Source of the DNA: Longimicrobiales bacterium | GTDB taxonomy: Bacteria > Gemmatimonadota > Gemmatimonadetes > Longimicrobiales > Gaopeijiaceae | Direction: 5' to 3' | Length of the DNA stretch: 64,000 bases | Assembly: GCA_965226375.1 (NCBI GenBank) | Contig: CBDDCX010000008.1 | Span: 1,408,001 to 1,472,000, forward strand | Translations under genes and position numbers: made by a program | The notes under the pieces: generated by a model | The model's input: only the letters and a program-made list of their open reading frames with translations | Database searches by the model: none | Told to the model about the DNA's origin: nothing | Shown here: piece after piece, positions 41,945 through 51,088 of the stretch | Numbering within the stretch: position 1 is the first letter of the stretch | Layout: the number at the start of each line of letters is the position of its first letter

Positions 41945-42952
41945 TTAGAGAGCAATGTCCTGTGCGGTGAGGGAAGGGATGGGAGGATTGATGAAGACGG
42001 CCTCCGGGAGCGGTTTGGGATTCGGCACACCTCTGACGAAGCGTTCGGGATGAGCGGCCCATGCTTCGCGGAGCACGGATTTCCTGCCGGCAATGACCTG
42101 ATCGGCGTTCCCGAAGTGGACCTGCTCGGGGGTTAGCATCGAGATGCCGCCATGGCGGTGCTCGGCATTGTACCAGCGGAAGAACGATCGACAGAACGTC
42201 TTGGCTTGGCCCTGATCCCCGAACCGTCCGGGAAACGAGGGATGGTACTTCAAGGTTTTGAACTGAGCCTCGGAAAACGGGTTGTCATCCGACACCTGAG
42301 GCCGGCTCAACGAGCGGGTCACGCCGAGGTCAGCGAGAAGTTGAGCGGTGCATTGGCTCGTCATTGGAGCTCCCCGATCCGAGTGCAGGGTCAGGACCCG
42401 GGGCTGGACGCCATGCTTCAGGCAGCTCTGCTGGATCAACCGGCCGGCCAGGGCCGAGTTCTCCCGGTCCGCCACCATCCAGCCCACGACGTAGCGGCTG
42501 TAGATGTCCATGATGACGTAGAGGTAGTAATAGCTCCACTTCTTCGGCCCGAGCAGCCGCGTGATATCCCAGGACCACACCTGGTTCGGCGCCGTGGCCA
42601 TCAACTCGGGCTTCTTGTACTCGGGATGGGTGCGCTGCGCCCGGCGTTCCTGAACCGGCACCTCGGAGGCCAGAACACGATACATCGTGCGTTCGCTGCA
42701 CAGGTAGACCTCTTCGTCGAGCAGCGTGGCCACCACCTCGGCGGGTGAGCGGTCCACGAACCGCTCCGAACACAGCGTGTCGAAGACCTCGCCTCGTTCC
42801 GTCTCGCTCAATGCCCGGGCGGGCGTCGGGCGGGGCTGCTGTTGCCCGGTTGATGGGCCTCGACGACGGTACAACGTCGATCGGGAGACCTCGAGGGCCG
42901 CGCACGCCGGTTTTACACCGACGTGCTTAGCCAGCTCATCGGCCGCCTTCAA
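41945..42952 (-). CDS. IS3-family transposase OrfB
   Basis: Same as copy 1 except two amino acids near the C terminus. Confidence 0.95.
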   Translation of the reverse strand: MKAADELAKHVGVKPACAALEVSRSTLYRRRGPSTGQQQPRPTPARALSETERGEVFDTLCSERFVDRSPAEVVATLLDEEVYLCSERTMYRVLASEVPVQERRAQRTHPEYKKPELMATAPNQVWSWDITRLLGPKKWSYYYLYVIMDIYSRYVVGWMVADRENSALAGRLIQQSCLKHGVQPRVLTLHSDRGAPMTSQCTAQLLADLGVTRSLSRPQVSDDNPFSEAQFKTLKYHPSFPGRFGDQGQAKTFCRSFFRWYNAEHRHGGISMLTPEQVHFGNADQVIAGRKSVLREAWAAHPERFVRGVPNPKPLPEAVFINPPIPSLTAQDIAL

Positions 42953-43398
42953 GAGTTTGTCCCGTCGTCGAGGCTTATCCCCAGCAGCCCCGCAACTTTT
43001 CCCTGCACGTCGATGATCAGGTGTGCCTTCCTGAGCTCATTCCCGAGCCGTGCGTTTCGCCGCTCCAGCTTGCGTACCTTCTCATCCAGCGGATTTCGCT
43101 CCGGCTTGCGGCCGCGTTTCTTCGACAGGGCCTTCAGCGACCCGCTATGCGCCGCCTTGCGCCACGTCGTCAGGTGCGACGAGTACAGGCCCTCTCGCCG
43201 CAGGACTTGACCCACCTCGCCGGGCTCGGTGCACCGGTCCGCTTCTTCGACGATCCGCAGCTTGTACGACGGACTGAACCGCCGCCGTAGCGGCCTATCT
43301 ACTACCTCCGGGTCCGCAGGAGCTGCCGCGCTTCGCTTGGCCTCCCCGGTTCCAGGGGCACTACCATTCTCTGCCATTCTCTCTCGCAGTCCCAACAT
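42949..43398 (-). CDS. IS3-family transposase OrfA
   Basis: Same as copy 1 except one E>G change. Confidence 0.92.
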   Translation of the reverse strand: MLGLRERMAENGSAPGTGEAKRSAAAPADPEVVDRPLRRRFSPSYKLRIVEEADRCTEPGEVGQVLRREGLYSSHLTTWRKAAHSGSLKALSKKRGRKPERNPLDEKVRKLERRNARLGNELRKAHLIIDVQGKVAGLLGISLDDGTNS

Positions 43399-43994
43399 GT
43401 TCGTTTTCTCTGCCTTCGCCCTACTCTAATTCTTTGCGTGCTCCGTGTCTCACGTACGTTGGCAGAGAGGGCTCTTCACCAAGCCCCTGCCAAGAATAGG
43501 GTGACGTTCTCGGTTTGAACGCACCGCCACGTAGAAGGCTGGCACCCATAGCCTTCAGTTGATGAGCGATATCGAGAATCTGTTCCTCGCTCTCCACGGC
43601 ACACGGGCCCGCGATAATGGGAACCTCGGACCCGCCGAACCGAATCCCGCCCCCCACCTCGACGATCGTGTCTGCCTCACGCCATTCCCGGGAGACCTGC
43701 TTGTAGGGCTTGGTGACCGGGATGATCTCCAATACCCCGGGGAGCCCCTGAATCCGTGCCGAATCCACTCGCCCGTCGTTCCCCATAAGGCCGACTGTGG
43801 TCCGCTGCTTGCCTGGCATGGACCGGGCCTCATACCCCATATCCTCTATCTCTCCAACGACACGCCCGACCTCTGCTTCGGAGGCGTTGTGCTTCATGAC
43901 TACCAGCATGTGATTCTCAAGTTCGGGGGGGTTCTTGGCGGTTAGACGATGCTCGCCCTCGCTACAGAAGTGTACCGGCGGGAACAGATGTAGT

Positions 43995-44786
43995 CTACCG
44001 GACCGCGGGAGGCGCTCCCTGCTCGAGGACAACACTCATTCCGTCGTACCCGGCCACCACCCGTCCATCGTACCCCGCCTGACTCACGAGTTTGGGGACG
44101 TCGTCGGGGGAGAGCGCAGGGTAGACATGCGTGGTAACCACCAGACTCGGTGAAACCTGCCGTGCCAACGCCGCCACCCCACTGGGCGTCAAATGTGTCT
44201 CTACGGGGGGCGGGTCCGGGTGGGAGCACTCGACGATCAGGAGATCCGACTTCGCCAAGAAGTCTCCGAGCATCGGATTCTGGCCCGTATCGCCCGTATA
44301 CCCGACGCTTCCCGCTCCGCCCACCCAGTGGTACGCCACCGAGTGCGGGGTGTGGTCCGTTTCGCACGTTCTCAGGTCGACCATGCCGTCGGACCAACGA
44401 TCCTCGCGTGCCAACTCTACCACGGTAAGGTCGAAGCGGGGCTCCACTACATAGCGCCCATACGCGTCCGCCAGGGCTTCCAGAAGGTGGGAAACGCCCG
44501 GTGGGCCGAGAAGGGTTAGTGGGGCCGTACGAGGCGGAGTCATTCCGTGTGACAACGCGAACATCAAGGGGGCCAACCCACCGATGTGATCTGTGTGAAA
44601 GTGGCTGAGAGCGATGTGGGTAAGATCGGCCCACGGGACCCCGAAGCGACTCATGCCGTCCAAAACGCCGGAGCCACAGTCGAGCAACAGCAGCGTGTCA
44701 TCTTCCGCGATCAGGAAGGCGGCCGGGTGACGCAGGTGATTCGGAATCAGGGTGCCCGAACCGAGCACCGTCACTGTGGCGGTCAT
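43995..44786 (-). CDS. MBL-fold metallo-hydrolase (RNase Z/BN-like)
   Basis: TVLGSGT, LLDCGSG, SHFHTDH, YTGDT, THL, THVY. Confidence 0.88.
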   Translation of the reverse strand: MTATVTVLGSGTLIPNHLRHPAAFLIAEDDTLLLLDCGSGVLDGMSRFGVPWADLTHIALSHFHTDHIGGLAPLMFALSHGMTPPRTAPLTLLGPPGVSHLLEALADAYGRYVVEPRFDLTVVELAREDRWSDGMVDLRTCETDHTPHSVAYHWVGGAGSVGYTGDTGQNPMLGDFLAKSDLLIVECSHPDPPPVETHLTPSGVAALARQVSPSLVVTTHVYPALSPDDVPKLVSQAGYDGRVVAGYDGMSVVLEQGAPPAVR

Positions 44787-44843
44787 TCCGACTTGGCCAT
44801 CCCTGAACGTTCGGGTGACCAGCGGACCACCTTCCCCCAAGTC

Positions 44844-47800
44844 CTAGGCCGCCGAACCACCCACCTGCAGAGCGTCCTGGAACTGCACCCCGACAATCGT
44901 GCTCACTCCGGGCTCTTCCATAGTGACGCCGTAGATCCAATCAGCGGCTTCGATGGACCTCGGATTGTGTGTGATGATCACGAACTGAGTCTGCTTCTTG
45001 AATTCCTGGAGCAGTCGAATGAAGCGACCGATGTTGTTCTCGTCGAGCGGGGCATCCACCTCGTCGAGAACGCAGAACGGACTCGGCTTGACCAGGTAGA
45101 TCCCGAAGAGCAATGACAGTGCCGTCAGAGCCCGCTCTCCACCCGACAACAGATCGATTCTCTGGGTTTTCTTTCCATGGGGAGAGGCGTGCACTTCGAT
45201 CGGTGATTCCAGCGGATCCTCTGGATCTTCCAGCCAAATGTCGGCCTCGCCTCCCTCGAACAGTCGCTGGAAGGTGGACTGGAAGTTTTCACGGATCTTC
45301 TCGAACGTGCCCTCGAAGAGGTCGATGGCGGTCTCATTGATCTGGCGGATGGCCGACTTGAGGTCGTTCCTTGCGGCCATGAGGTCTTCACGCTGCTCAC
45401 TGAGGAACTCGAGCCTGGCACTTTCCTCGGCATGCTCTTCGACGGCGAGCATGTTGACCAGTCCGATGCGATCCAGCTTGATCACGATGTCCTCGAGCTC
45501 CGCCTTCAGGGCTTCGGGCGTACCCTCCACCGGCTCGGCTTCTTCTAGGAGGCGCTCCAGTGGACGACCCCACTCCCCCTCGAGGCGCTCCTGAATGAGT
45601 CCGATGCGACCGGAGACCTCCTGTCTCTCCAACTCGAGCTGATGACGTCGGTCTACGGCTTCACGCTCGGCGCTGCGTGCCACGCGCGCCGCCTTATCCG
45701 CTTCAGCCAGGGCCTCGGCCACGTCGGACAACACCTTGGTTCGCTCCGCGTACACCGTGTCGGCTTCATCACGTTCACCGAACAGCCGCTCCGTCGCGAC
45801 GCGGCCATTTTCCTGGAGCGTTTGGACGGTGTCCACCTCTTCCCTCAGGTCTTTTTCCTCGACATCGAGCTCACCTAGTCGATCCTCCCCGGTGGACATC
45901 TCGCGGGTGAGATCTTTCAGGCGCTCGGCCACTCTTGCGACGTCCGCCTCCAGGCGAGCCAGGGTCACCGACAGCCGGGTCTCCTCTGCCCTAGCCTCTT
46001 CCCACTCGTCCTGGACGCGGACGAGGACCTCACGCGCTTGCTCGCGCTCGGCACGGATCGCACCCTCCTGTCCCAGAAAGCCCTCGCGATCCTCTCCGGC
46101 CGTCTGTGCTCGTTCCAGCGCCCTGGTCCGGGCAGCCTTGGCTCCCTCCAACTGCCTCGCGAGCTCGTCTCGATGGGTGTCAACTCGGGCTCGGCGGTCT
46201 ACCTGAGCCGCCATCTCGGCGCTGGTCCGCCTCAACTCGTCTTCGGCTTCCAGGAATGAGACGCGTGCGGCTACGAGAGCGGCCTCGGCCGCTTCCGCCG
46301 CGGCATCCGCGTCTTCGACCTCCCTCCTTGAAACGGTCGCCTTGCCCGCGGCCTGACCCAATGTCTTACGCAATGACTCAACGCGAGCCCTCCGCTCGAG
46401 CATGCCGGAGGTCCCCGACGGTCTGCCGATCTTCACAAAGCCGCGGGGATCGCGAACCATGCCCGTAATCGACAGCAGTGAGCGGTCTGGATCTGGACTA
46501 CTCGCGACAGCATCATCGGCCTCGACCAGATCCGCCTCACCGAGCAGTGCTTCCACCCAGGGAGCTCCCTGCCCTTTGGCTTTGACGGACTTCAGCAGTG
46601 ACCCACCCGCGTGATCGGGCACACGATCGAGGGGAAGCAGCACCAGCCCGCCATCCTCGGTCCACTCTTCGGCAAACCAGCGAACGATACGATCGACGCA
46701 AGCACCATCTCGCACCACGAGAGCCTGTGCGAGCGGGCCCAGGTAGGTCTCCACGGCCGCGGCGACCTCACTGGCAGCTTCCATGAAGTCGAGTAGGGAT
46801 CCCACCACGTCGGCGTCTTCAAGAGCGAGTACGGCCTGGATGGCCGGGTCGACACCCTCGTGCCTGAGGCCGAGAGCTTCCAAGGCCGAGACCTCGACCT
46901 CCATGCCCTGAACGATTCGAGCGGCATCGAGGTCCCTCAGCCTCGCCTCGTCGAGTGCCTTACGGCGGCCCTCGAGATCCTCCCGAGCGGTGTCGAGGTG
47001 TTTCCGGGCATCCTCCACCGCCACCTGGAGACCATCGAGGCGGGTCGTGAAGAGATCACCCTGCGACTCAAGGTCGGTCAGAACGGTGGAGGCGTCACTC
47101 AGTTCCACCGTTACCCGCTCGATGCGGCGCTCGAGCTCGGCGGCCTGGCCCCGGGCCGCTTCGGCACCGCCCTCGAGCTGTGCGCCCTTTCGGACCAAAT
47201 CGCGCTCCCGGTGCTCCGTCTCTTCAACCCGATCGCGCGCTTCCTTCAGGCGCGCCTTCACGGCCGCCGACACTTCTGCCTGGCTAGTGGCATCCGCCCG
47301 GATCGCCTCCAGCTTTCCTTCCTGCCCATCGTGATTCGCCTGAAGGTCGGTCGCTTCGACCCTGACGTCGCCCAAACGCTTGGACCAGGCCTCACGATCA
47401 TCGTCGATCTGACTCAGCCGCTTTTCGGCGTACCCTCTACGCTCTTCTGCCACGGCCAGGTCGCGCTCCCACTCGACGAGTTGGGTCTTCACCCGGTCGA
47501 GCACCTCCGCAGCTTCGGTCCTCGCCCGTTCCGCCGTCACCTCATCGAGCCGTAGCTTCTCATAGGTGGCCTCGGCTGTCCGAAGCTCGGCCACCATGCC
47601 CTGACCCGTCTTACGGTCTCCCTCCAAGACGGCATCCAGCTCCTTCAGGCGCGCCGAAAGATCCGCCAGGTCGTTGCGAACTACAGCGACCTCGACCGAC
47701 AACCGTCGTTCCCGAAGAGACTTGTATCGCTCGGCCTTGCCCTTCTGCCTAGCCAGCGACCGTACCTTGGTCTCGACCTCGCCGATAACGTCTTCCAGGC

Positions 47801-48368
47801 GAGTGAGATCGTTGTCGGCGTGCTCCAGCCGACGAAGCGCGGCCTTACGACGATCCTTGTACTTGCTGATTCCGGAGGCCTCTTCGAAGAGTTGCCGTCT
47901 CTCCTCCGCGCGATCGGAAAGAATCGCATCGATCATCCGGGTCTCAATCACCGAATAGGCGTTCGCGCCAAGTCCGGTATCGCGGCAAAGATCGACTACA
48001 TCACGCAGACGACAGGTCGCCCGGTTTAGCGAGTAATCACTCCCCCCATCCCGATATATCGTGCGGCCGATCTCGACCTCATCATACGCGACCGGAAGCA
48101 CTCCGTCCTCGTTGCTCACGACCATGGTAACCGCGCCCCGGTTCACGGGGCGGCGATTCAGTGAACCCTGGAAGATCGCCTCCTCCATCTTGCCACCACG
48201 GACGGCGGAGGGACGTTGCTCGCCCAATACCCAGCGAACGGCGTCGCTGATATTCGATTTTCCACAACCGTTGGGCCCGACGATCGCGGTGATGCCCTCG
48301 TGGAAGTCGATGACGGTGGAGTCTGCGAACGACTTGAACCCGTGGAGGCGAAGAGATCGGAGTTTCAT
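44844..48368 (-). CDS. smc: Chromosome segregation protein SMC
   Basis: GFKSF, GPNGCGKSN, coiled coils and hinge, LSGGE, LDEVDAPLD. Confidence 0.97.
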   Translation of the reverse strand: MKLRSLRLHGFKSFADSTVIDFHEGITAIVGPNGCGKSNISDAVRWVLGEQRPSAVRGGKMEEAIFQGSLNRRPVNRGAVTMVVSNEDGVLPVAYDEVEIGRTIYRDGGSDYSLNRATCRLRDVVDLCRDTGLGANAYSVIETRMIDAILSDRAEERRQLFEEASGISKYKDRRKAALRRLEHADNDLTRLEDVIGEVETKVRSLARQKGKAERYKSLRERRLSVEVAVVRNDLADLSARLKELDAVLEGDRKTGQGMVAELRTAEATYEKLRLDEVTAERARTEAAEVLDRVKTQLVEWERDLAVAEERRGYAEKRLSQIDDDREAWSKRLGDVRVEATDLQANHDGQEGKLEAIRADATSQAEVSAAVKARLKEARDRVEETEHRERDLVRKGAQLEGGAEAARGQAAELERRIERVTVELSDASTVLTDLESQGDLFTTRLDGLQVAVEDARKHLDTAREDLEGRRKALDEARLRDLDAARIVQGMEVEVSALEALGLRHEGVDPAIQAVLALEDADVVGSLLDFMEAASEVAAAVETYLGPLAQALVVRDGACVDRIVRWFAEEWTEDGGLVLLPLDRVPDHAGGSLLKSVKAKGQGAPWVEALLGEADLVEADDAVASSPDPDRSLLSITGMVRDPRGFVKIGRPSGTSGMLERRARVESLRKTLGQAAGKATVSRREVEDADAAAEAAEAALVAARVSFLEAEDELRRTSAEMAAQVDRRARVDTHRDELARQLEGAKAARTRALERAQTAGEDREGFLGQEGAIRAEREQAREVLVRVQDEWEEARAEETRLSVTLARLEADVARVAERLKDLTREMSTGEDRLGELDVEEKDLREEVDTVQTLQENGRVATERLFGERDEADTVYAERTKVLSDVAEALAEADKAARVARSAEREAVDRRHQLELERQEVSGRIGLIQERLEGEWGRPLERLLEEAEPVEGTPEALKAELEDIVIKLDRIGLVNMLAVEEHAEESARLEFLSEQREDLMAARNDLKSAIRQINETAIDLFEGTFEKIRENFQSTFQRLFEGGEADIWLEDPEDPLESPIEVHASPHGKKTQRIDLLSGGERALTALSLLFGIYLVKPSPFCVLDEVDAPLDENNIGRFIRLLQEFKKQTQFVIITHNPRSIEAADWIYGVTMEEPGVSTIVGVQFQDALQVGGSAA

Positions 48369-50941
48369 TGGGGCAGTCGGCCTCTACGTTCGGTCAGACG
48401 TACGCCACCCAGGTCGTTCGAGCGAAGGAGTCGTCCCATCGCGGCGGCCTGGAACTCGTCCACGAAAGCGCCACCATACACGCGCATTGCCGTGGTCTCG
48501 TCAGGATAACTGACTTCGAGGATGTGAGTCGGGATGGAGAGAGCGGCTAGCGACTCTACTCTGCCGGCCGCATCCGCATCCTCGGCATACTCCCCGAAGA
48601 AGAACGAGTATCTCGCTTCCTGAACCGTCCACGTGGTGGGGTCGAGTCGATCGAGAACCTCGGCCAGAGGCTCCTTGAGATCGTCCGCCTCCACCGCGCT
48701 GAAGGCCGGGCCGGCGAGCAACGCGTATTGGACGCCTCCGTCTACCTCTGTAACGGTCACAAAGAACAAGAACTCGGGAAGTCTCGCCCTGAGGGCCTCC
48801 ACGGTGCTCAAAGCCGTTTCCATATTTCGCCAAGCCTCGACCGCGAGCACGTGCGTTATCACGGGCGTCACCGGCGTCGGCCCCGGTAGCTCCACGGGGG
48901 CGGGTACGGCGGAGCGCACCCTGTCCGGTGGCGTGATCCCGGGGATGTTGACGAGGCCGAAATACGCGACGCCGAGGCCTCCGCCACCGACAATCAGTGC
49001 GGTCGTCCCGGCCACCATCAGTTGCCGGAGCCTTGCCCCTCTCTTTCTTCGCCGCTCCAACTCCTCCAGCCCCGACATTCTCGCCGGTGGACCCTCGTCC
49101 GCGACAACCTCGATGTCTGGCACCGTATCCTCGGCGGGAGGCGTGTCGGCAGCGACCTCCATGACCTCCGCGGCCGCATCCACGGCAATGGATCCGTCCG
49201 CAGCATCCACGATCGGCACGTCATCACTGAGTTCAGGGGGGCCGGCCTCAAGGTCGGCTGCGTCGTCACCACCGAGAGGCACGTCTCCCGCGGCCCCGGC
49301 AAGGTCTTCCTCAGCGGCCTGCTCCTCCTCTTCGGCCACGGCACTGGCCTCTACCTCGAGGCCTTCGTCTCCGAAGCCGAAGTCGTCGGCACCCTCCATC
49401 TCCTCTTCCGACTCCCCACCCAGCGCGACTGCATCGGCGGCCAAGTCCATGCCCTGGTCGTCCGGCGCGTCTTCAAGATCGAATCCGGAGCCTGTCTCGA
49501 ATCCGGCCATATCCAGACGGGCCGCCTCGGCTGCAGCCGCCACAGCTTCCTCATCCATTTCGACGTTGGATCGGGTCACCCCGTCCATCATGTCCGCCTC
49601 TTTGTCGGCCGCCTCATCCGCGCTCACTGGGGCCTCTGGACCCGCCGCCGCCGGTTCGTCGGGTTCCGGGGGGGACACCTCGAGCGACTCGACCTCCGAG
49701 GGCTCCATCTCCAAGGCCGCCACATCCAGGTCCAGGCCCGCTTCCTCCTCGGACTCCTCCTCCGACGGAGCGTCCTCTTCAAGTGAGGCCGCCGACTCGT
49801 CGGGTTGAGTCACTACCGGCTCGACCTCGTCAGGGACCTCGGGCGGGGGCGTGGGATCTTCCGTCTCGGCTGCGCTGGAAGCGTCGTATTGTGATCCTGC
49901 CATGCCGTCGAAGTTGAAGGCGCCGGAGTCATCCGTCTGGTCTGCAGCATTTCCCGTGGACTCGGGAAGCTCTTCCATCGAGAAGAGTTCCCCATCACCG
50001 GCGACCTCCTGTGTGACCCCGGCCGGCGTTTCATCAACACTGACAGGTGGCTCGAGCTCTAACTCCGGCTCCGACCCCAACTCCGGCCCGGACTCCAACT
50101 CCGGCTCCGACTCAGACTCAGACGTCGGGTCCAACTCCGGCTCGGGCGTTGAATCTGCCTCGAACTCGGCTTCTTGATCGTCATCCAGGTCAGAGACCAT
50201 CTCTACCTCCGGTTCCGGTTCCTCTTGGAGCACCTCTGCAACCTCCAGCTCCGCATCGAACCCATGCTCGGATTCAGGATCTAGCTCAGTCGTCGAAGCG
50301 AGTTCAGACTCGGGTTCGGACGTCCTGTCTACCTCGACGTCCATAACCGCTTCGGGGCCAATCACGGCAAGGACTCGTTCCGAAGCCGCACCCAGGATCG
50401 CTCCCCCCGCGTCTCCGCCCGCCTCCGAAACGAGGATGATTCCTGCGGCCTTGTCGAGCAGGGCCCCGGCTCCGGTGGTGGAAGCCGACAGATGCAAGAC
50501 CAGCACCGCCCCGGCCTCCTGGAAGCCGCCAATGACCGTATCCCACTTGGGGTGCGCCAATACCTCTTCAGCGTCAGCCACCGGGGTTCCTGCAGGCGCA
50601 AGGAGAAAACCACCGTCGACGGGCCGGGCTACCCGCTTCACCGAAGCCCCATAAAGCATGACGTCGGACAGGCCTTCATCGCCTGCGCCGTCAACCAGTT
50701 CATGGAGAACCGGATCCTCGAAAGACGCATCTGCCAGAAGGACGCTCCGGCCCCTGGCAGCCCAGCCCCGAGCGAGGAGCAGGCTCGCACTCGCCCCCCA
50801 GTGTCGTTCGATTTCCGGTGTCACCCAGACGACCACACAAGCCGGAGTGGAGTCGGCAGAATCAAGCGCGCCGGCAATCGGCTCCGGGAGGTCCCCACCG
50901 GTCGGATCAATGGACTGCCAGGCTGGAATATCCGGACTCAT
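48365..50941 (-). CDS. Bitopic protein: degenerate ParA/MinD-like domain, long acidic linker, TM helix, SPOR-like domains
   Basis: LARGWAARGRSVLLAD...GLSD...PAG without a GKT/S motif; roughly 430-aa D/E-rich region; TM LMVAG...YFGL; YALLAGP and RVYGGAF; ATGA overlap with smc. Confidence 0.8.
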   Translation of the reverse strand: MSPDIPAWQSIDPTGGDLPEPIAGALDSADSTPACVVVWVTPEIERHWGASASLLLARGWAARGRSVLLADASFEDPVLHELVDGAGDEGLSDVMLYGASVKRVARPVDGGFLLAPAGTPVADAEEVLAHPKWDTVIGGFQEAGAVLVLHLSASTTGAGALLDKAAGIILVSEAGGDAGGAILGAASERVLAVIGPEAVMDVEVDRTSEPESELASTTELDPESEHGFDAELEVAEVLQEEPEPEVEMVSDLDDDQEAEFEADSTPEPELDPTSESESEPELESGPELGSEPELELEPPVSVDETPAGVTQEVAGDGELFSMEELPESTGNAADQTDDSGAFNFDGMAGSQYDASSAAETEDPTPPPEVPDEVEPVVTQPDESAASLEEDAPSEEESEEEAGLDLDVAALEMEPSEVESLEVSPPEPDEPAAAGPEAPVSADEAADKEADMMDGVTRSNVEMDEEAVAAAAEAARLDMAGFETGSGFDLEDAPDDQGMDLAADAVALGGESEEEMEGADDFGFGDEGLEVEASAVAEEEEQAAEEDLAGAAGDVPLGGDDAADLEAGPPELSDDVPIVDAADGSIAVDAAAEVMEVAADTPPAEDTVPDIEVVADEGPPARMSGLEELERRRKRGARLRQLMVAGTTALIVGGGGLGVAYFGLVNIPGITPPDRVRSAVPAPVELPGPTPVTPVITHVLAVEAWRNMETALSTVEALRARLPEFLFFVTVTEVDGGVQYALLAGPAFSAVEADDLKEPLAEVLDRLDPTTWTVQEARYSFFFGEYAEDADAAGRVESLAALSIPTHILEVSYPDETTAMRVYGGAFVDEFQAAAMGRLLRSNDLGGVRLTERRGRLPQ
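50061..50114. repeat. Three imperfect 18-bp tandem repeats within the coding sequence
   Basis: AACTCCGGCTCCGACCCC / AACTCCGGCCCGGACTCC / AACTCCGGCTCCGACTCA, encoding ESEPEL-like units. Confidence 0.75.
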
Positions 50942-51088
50942 CCGCGCACCCTTCGCATGGTGAAAAAACCGCGCCGCGACGGGCACGATGCACCAGCAGA
51001 ACGGAGTCGTCGCACCCCCCGTTTTGATGGCGGCAAAGGTAACCCACCCTCCAAGAGAGGTCCACAGGAGGCCCGGACACGCCGGCCT

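Larger units (their letters stand above)
41905..43471 (-). mobile_element. IS3-family insertion sequence, copy 2 (1567 bp, inverted)
   Basis: Near-identical to 27731-29297; CTC target duplication at 41902-41904 and 43472-43474. Confidence 0.96.
41311..43909 (-). pseudogene. aroF: DAHP synthase (type I-beta) interrupted by IS copy 2
   Basis: N-terminal part 43472-43909 (IAGPCAVES, RGGAFKPRTSPYSWQGLGEE) resumes as GLQML... at 41901 ([21 protein letters not shown]). Confidence 0.95.
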
